From Azolla caroliniana (lineage: Eukaryota > Plantae > Polypodiophyta): DNA of 64,000 nt. The notes under the pieces were generated by a model that made no database searches, had not been told where the DNA came from, and was given only the letters and a program-made list of their open reading frames with translations. Shown here one piece after another: positions 61,301 through 64,000 of this stretch. The position numbers and the translations under genes were made by a program. Position 1 is the first letter of the stretch. The number at the start of each line of letters is the position of its first letter. The stretch is taken from the NCBI GenBank assembly GCA_043228905.1, contig JBHGNT010000003.1, positions 18,104,001 to 18,168,000 of the forward strand. Reading direction: 5' to 3'.

Positions 61301-63295
61301 TCACAACTTTATCCAAATGTTTTCGGCCTCTGCAAGAATGTCTGCAGCTGAGTATATATTTCTCATGCCCACATATGCCGCAGCAGAGTTTTCATCCACC
61401 ATCAATGCTTGCTCAAATGCCCATCTTCCGAGCTCCACATTTCCCCATTTCCGGCATGAGCTCAAAAGAGACAACAAAAGTGGAACTCGATTTGAAGATA
61501 CAACACCTTCAATTACAAGTACGGCCTTATCAAAGCGCCCGGCTCGGCTGCAAATGTCAACCATGCATGTGTAGTGTTCTAAAGTTGGCGAGAGACAATA
61601 AAAGGTGTGCATACCACTAAACAAAATTTGCCCCTCCTCTACTAGGCCAGCATGACTACATGCACTTAATAAGACAATGAAGGAGAGATGATCTGGCATT
61701 ATATCTTCTTCTTCCAACATTTTGTTGAATAGGAGAAAAACACTTTTTGCATGACCTAGATGGGCATAGGCAGTCAGTAATACATTCCACGATACAATAT
61801 CACGAACTGGAAGCTCGTTAAACACCTCCTGTGCTTTGGGGAGCATCCCACACTTAACATACATGTCCACCAATGCATTTCCGAGAGAAGTTTCCTTTCG
61901 AAATAGTTCTTTCTCACTCACCTCGGCATGTATGTTTTCCCCTATCTCAAGGGACCCTCTCTCTCCACATACTTTCAGGATGCAAGTAAAGGTGACTGCG
62001 TTAGGAGAGATTCCTTCTTTCCGCATTCGAATGAAGCATTCCATAGCTTCACAAACAAGGCCATGTTGGGCATACCCACAAATCATTGCACTCCAAGCCA
62101 CAATATCTCGTACTCGAATCTCTTCGAAGACTTCCTTTGCTTTTCCTATTTCCCCACATTTTACATACATATCCAGCAATGTTGTGCCGAGTGATGTGTC
62201 CTTTTGTAATAACCCCTCCTTTCGGATCTTCTTATGTATCTCATAACCTCTCTCGAGGGAACCGGTATTACCACAAGCTTTTAAGATACAAGCCAAAGTG
62301 ACATTGTCGGGATGAACTCCTTCCTCCTGCATTCGAACAAAAAGCTTTAAGATTTCATCAAAGCGCCCGAGATGGGCATATCCATCCATTAGCACATTCC
62401 ATGATACTACATCCTGTTTGGGAAGATTGTAGAATATTTCCTTTGCCTTTTCCATCATGCCACATTTTGCATACATATCCATTAAAGTGGTACCAAGCAC
62501 AAGATCTTTATGCAGAAGACCCTTTTTATGAACCTCTTCATGGATTTTTTCTCCTATGTCAAGAGATCGTGTGCCACTGCAAGCTTTGAGAATATATGCA
62601 AAAGTAATTGAATCCGGACATATTCCTTCACCTCGCATTTGCACAAAATAGTTCAAAGCTTTGTCATTGAGGTTATTTCGAATATACCCACCAATCAATG
62701 TGTTCCAAGTTACAACATTTCTCTTCGGGAGCCTATCGAATACCTGTTGTGCCTTTTCTTGCTTACCACATTTCGCATACATATCTACCAGTGTGTTTCC
62801 GAGGATAACATCTTTTTCTAACAACCCTCGTTTACAGACTTCATCATATATCTCTTCTCCTATGTGTAGACATCTTACCCTACTACAAGCATGCAGAACA
62901 CATGAGAAAGTGACTGAATCAGGGGTAAAGTCCTCAAATCGCATCTTTCTGAAGCAAACCAGAGCTTCTTCGAAAAGCTGAAGCTCCACATAACTGCATA
63001 TCAATGCATTCCACGACACCACGCTTCGAACCGGAAGGCTTTTGAATGTGTCTTCAGCTTCTCTGATGCTATTACATCTAGAATACATACGAATCAATGC
63101 CGTGCTTACATAAAGGTCCTTTACAAGAGTGCGATGAGCGGTCGCAATATCAGAGTGAAGCTTCCTGGCTTTGAACAAATCCTTTTGTTTCCCGCAATGG
63201 CTTATCAAGTCTAGAATAGCTTTCCTCTGTTCTCTTGCATCAAAGAGATGCAGAGGCACCTCCTCAACGCTAAGACCTTTGAATTCTATATTCAT
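61301..63295 (-). CDS. PLS-class PPR protein with E motifs, no DYW (~664 aa from first in-frame ATG; true start uncertain)
   Basis: Five P-L-S periods, then LEHYTCMVD..RAG, LLSSCRKWGNVELG, AAYVGMRNIY. Confidence 0.9.
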   Translation of the reverse strand: MNIEFKGLSVEEVPLHLFDAREQRKAILDLISHCGKQKDLFKARKLHSDIATAHRTLVKDLYVSTALIRMYSRCNSIREAEDTFKSLPVRSVVSWNALICSYVELQLFEEALVCFRKMRFEDFTPDSVTFSCVLHACSRVRCLHIGEEIYDEVCKRGLLEKDVILGNTLVDMYAKCGKQEKAQQVFDRLPKRNVVTWNTLIGGYIRNNLNDKALNYFVQMRGEGICPDSITFAYILKACSGTRSLDIGEKIHEEVHKKGLLHKDLVLGTTLMDMYAKCGMMEKAKEIFYNLPKQDVVSWNVLMDGYAHLGRFDEILKLFVRMQEEGVHPDNVTLACILKACGNTGSLERGYEIHKKIRKEGLLQKDTSLGTTLLDMYVKCGEIGKAKEVFEEIRVRDIVAWSAMICGYAQHGLVCEAMECFIRMRKEGISPNAVTFTCILKVCGERGSLEIGENIHAEVSEKELFRKETSLGNALVDMYVKCGMLPKAQEVFNELPVRDIVSWNVLLTAYAHLGHAKSVFLLFNKMLEEEDIMPDHLSFIVLLSACSHAGLVEEGQILFSGMHTFYCLSPTLEHYTCMVDICSRAGRFDKAVLVIEGVVSSNRVPLLLSLLSSCRKWGNVELGRWAFEQALMVDENSAAAYVGMRNIYSAADILAEAENIWIKL

Positions 63296-63635
63296 GAAGC
63301 AAGCATACACCTCGGATTCTCAAACTTTAACACAGAGCAGAGAATTGTGAAAGGGAATAACTTTGCAATTGTTGTGGTGTCAGGACTCAGTACCATAGTT
63401 GGATCCTGGAATGGCATGGCATGGCTACAAATCCTGGAACAGGGTAAGGTCTGGGGCCAACCCAACATTTGACTTTTGGTCTCCCGAATTACCATCCAAT
63501 GATCCAATCCTCACATAAATTCATAAATATGTCCGGGAAGTATTGGGCCTGACCACTTTCATCTTAACTCAGATCGATTTTTGCCACTAATGATTCCCAC
63601 GATTTCTTAACTTTGTCATCATTAACAATCTACAA

Positions 63636-64000
63636 CAGTTCAGTTCGGTTCGGTTCGAGAGTGTCAAAACCGAACCGTTTAAAAAATTTGAAACTTCAAT
63701 CGAACCATGAAATCGTTAAAACCGAGCTGTTTAAAAAATAAAATAAAACCGTTAAAACTGCGGTTTCGGTTTTCAACTTAGGTCAAAATGCAAATTTTAA
63801 AAATTTAAAATATTTCACTATTTAAAATTTCCAAAAATTTGAAGATTTTCCTAAAATGTGAGAATAAGGCTTGAAAATGAAAAGATTGTCAAATTTTTTT
63901 TTCAAATAAAAAAAAAGTTAAAAAAGTTAAAAAGTTAAACCAAACCGAACCGTTGAAAAAAACTTGAACTTAGAACCAAACTGTGAAACTGAACCGTTGT
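63636..64000. mobile_element. AACCG/CGGTT-rich AT-rich element, probably hAT-derived like 40720-41265 (runs off window)
   Basis: Repeated AACCGAACCG, TCGGTTCGGTT and AACCGTT motifs; no TIR or TSD visible. Confidence 0.5.

Overview
Eukaryotic, land-plant nuclear DNA. The PLS-PPR style suggests a fern, but that is inference. About 12.6-40 kb is a nested retrotransposon stack. An old Copia remnant is interrupted by a Tork-like Copia whose LTR-end/PBS/gag-start is triplicated (3 x 484 bp). That element is fused by deletion to a degenerate Gypsy pol, which carries a full-length Copia (A, TSD AAGAT). Next comes a MULE/SWIM transposase relic carrying a related full-length Copia (B, TSD GGATG). B in turn carries a very young, integrase-deleted Tork-like Copia (C) with an abnormal 38-bp target duplication and a clipped 3' LTR. 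Host genes: a FANTASTIC FOUR-like gene with a 12-copy acidic repeat, two PLS-class PPR genes ending in E motifs without DYW, a 4-exon gene of unknown function, and plastid ribosomal protein S31 (PSRP4/bTHX). Also present are a hAT MITE inside a LINE fragment, a foldback element and several tandem duplications. The most novel-looking signal is shared by Copia A and B: an in-frame 180-210 codon acidic-then-Arg-rich extension of Pol after RNase H. It lies between two copies of the PPT motif, stops inside the 3' LTR, and shows only synonymous changes in one conserved motif. No database searches were possible; all alignments and counts were done by eye.
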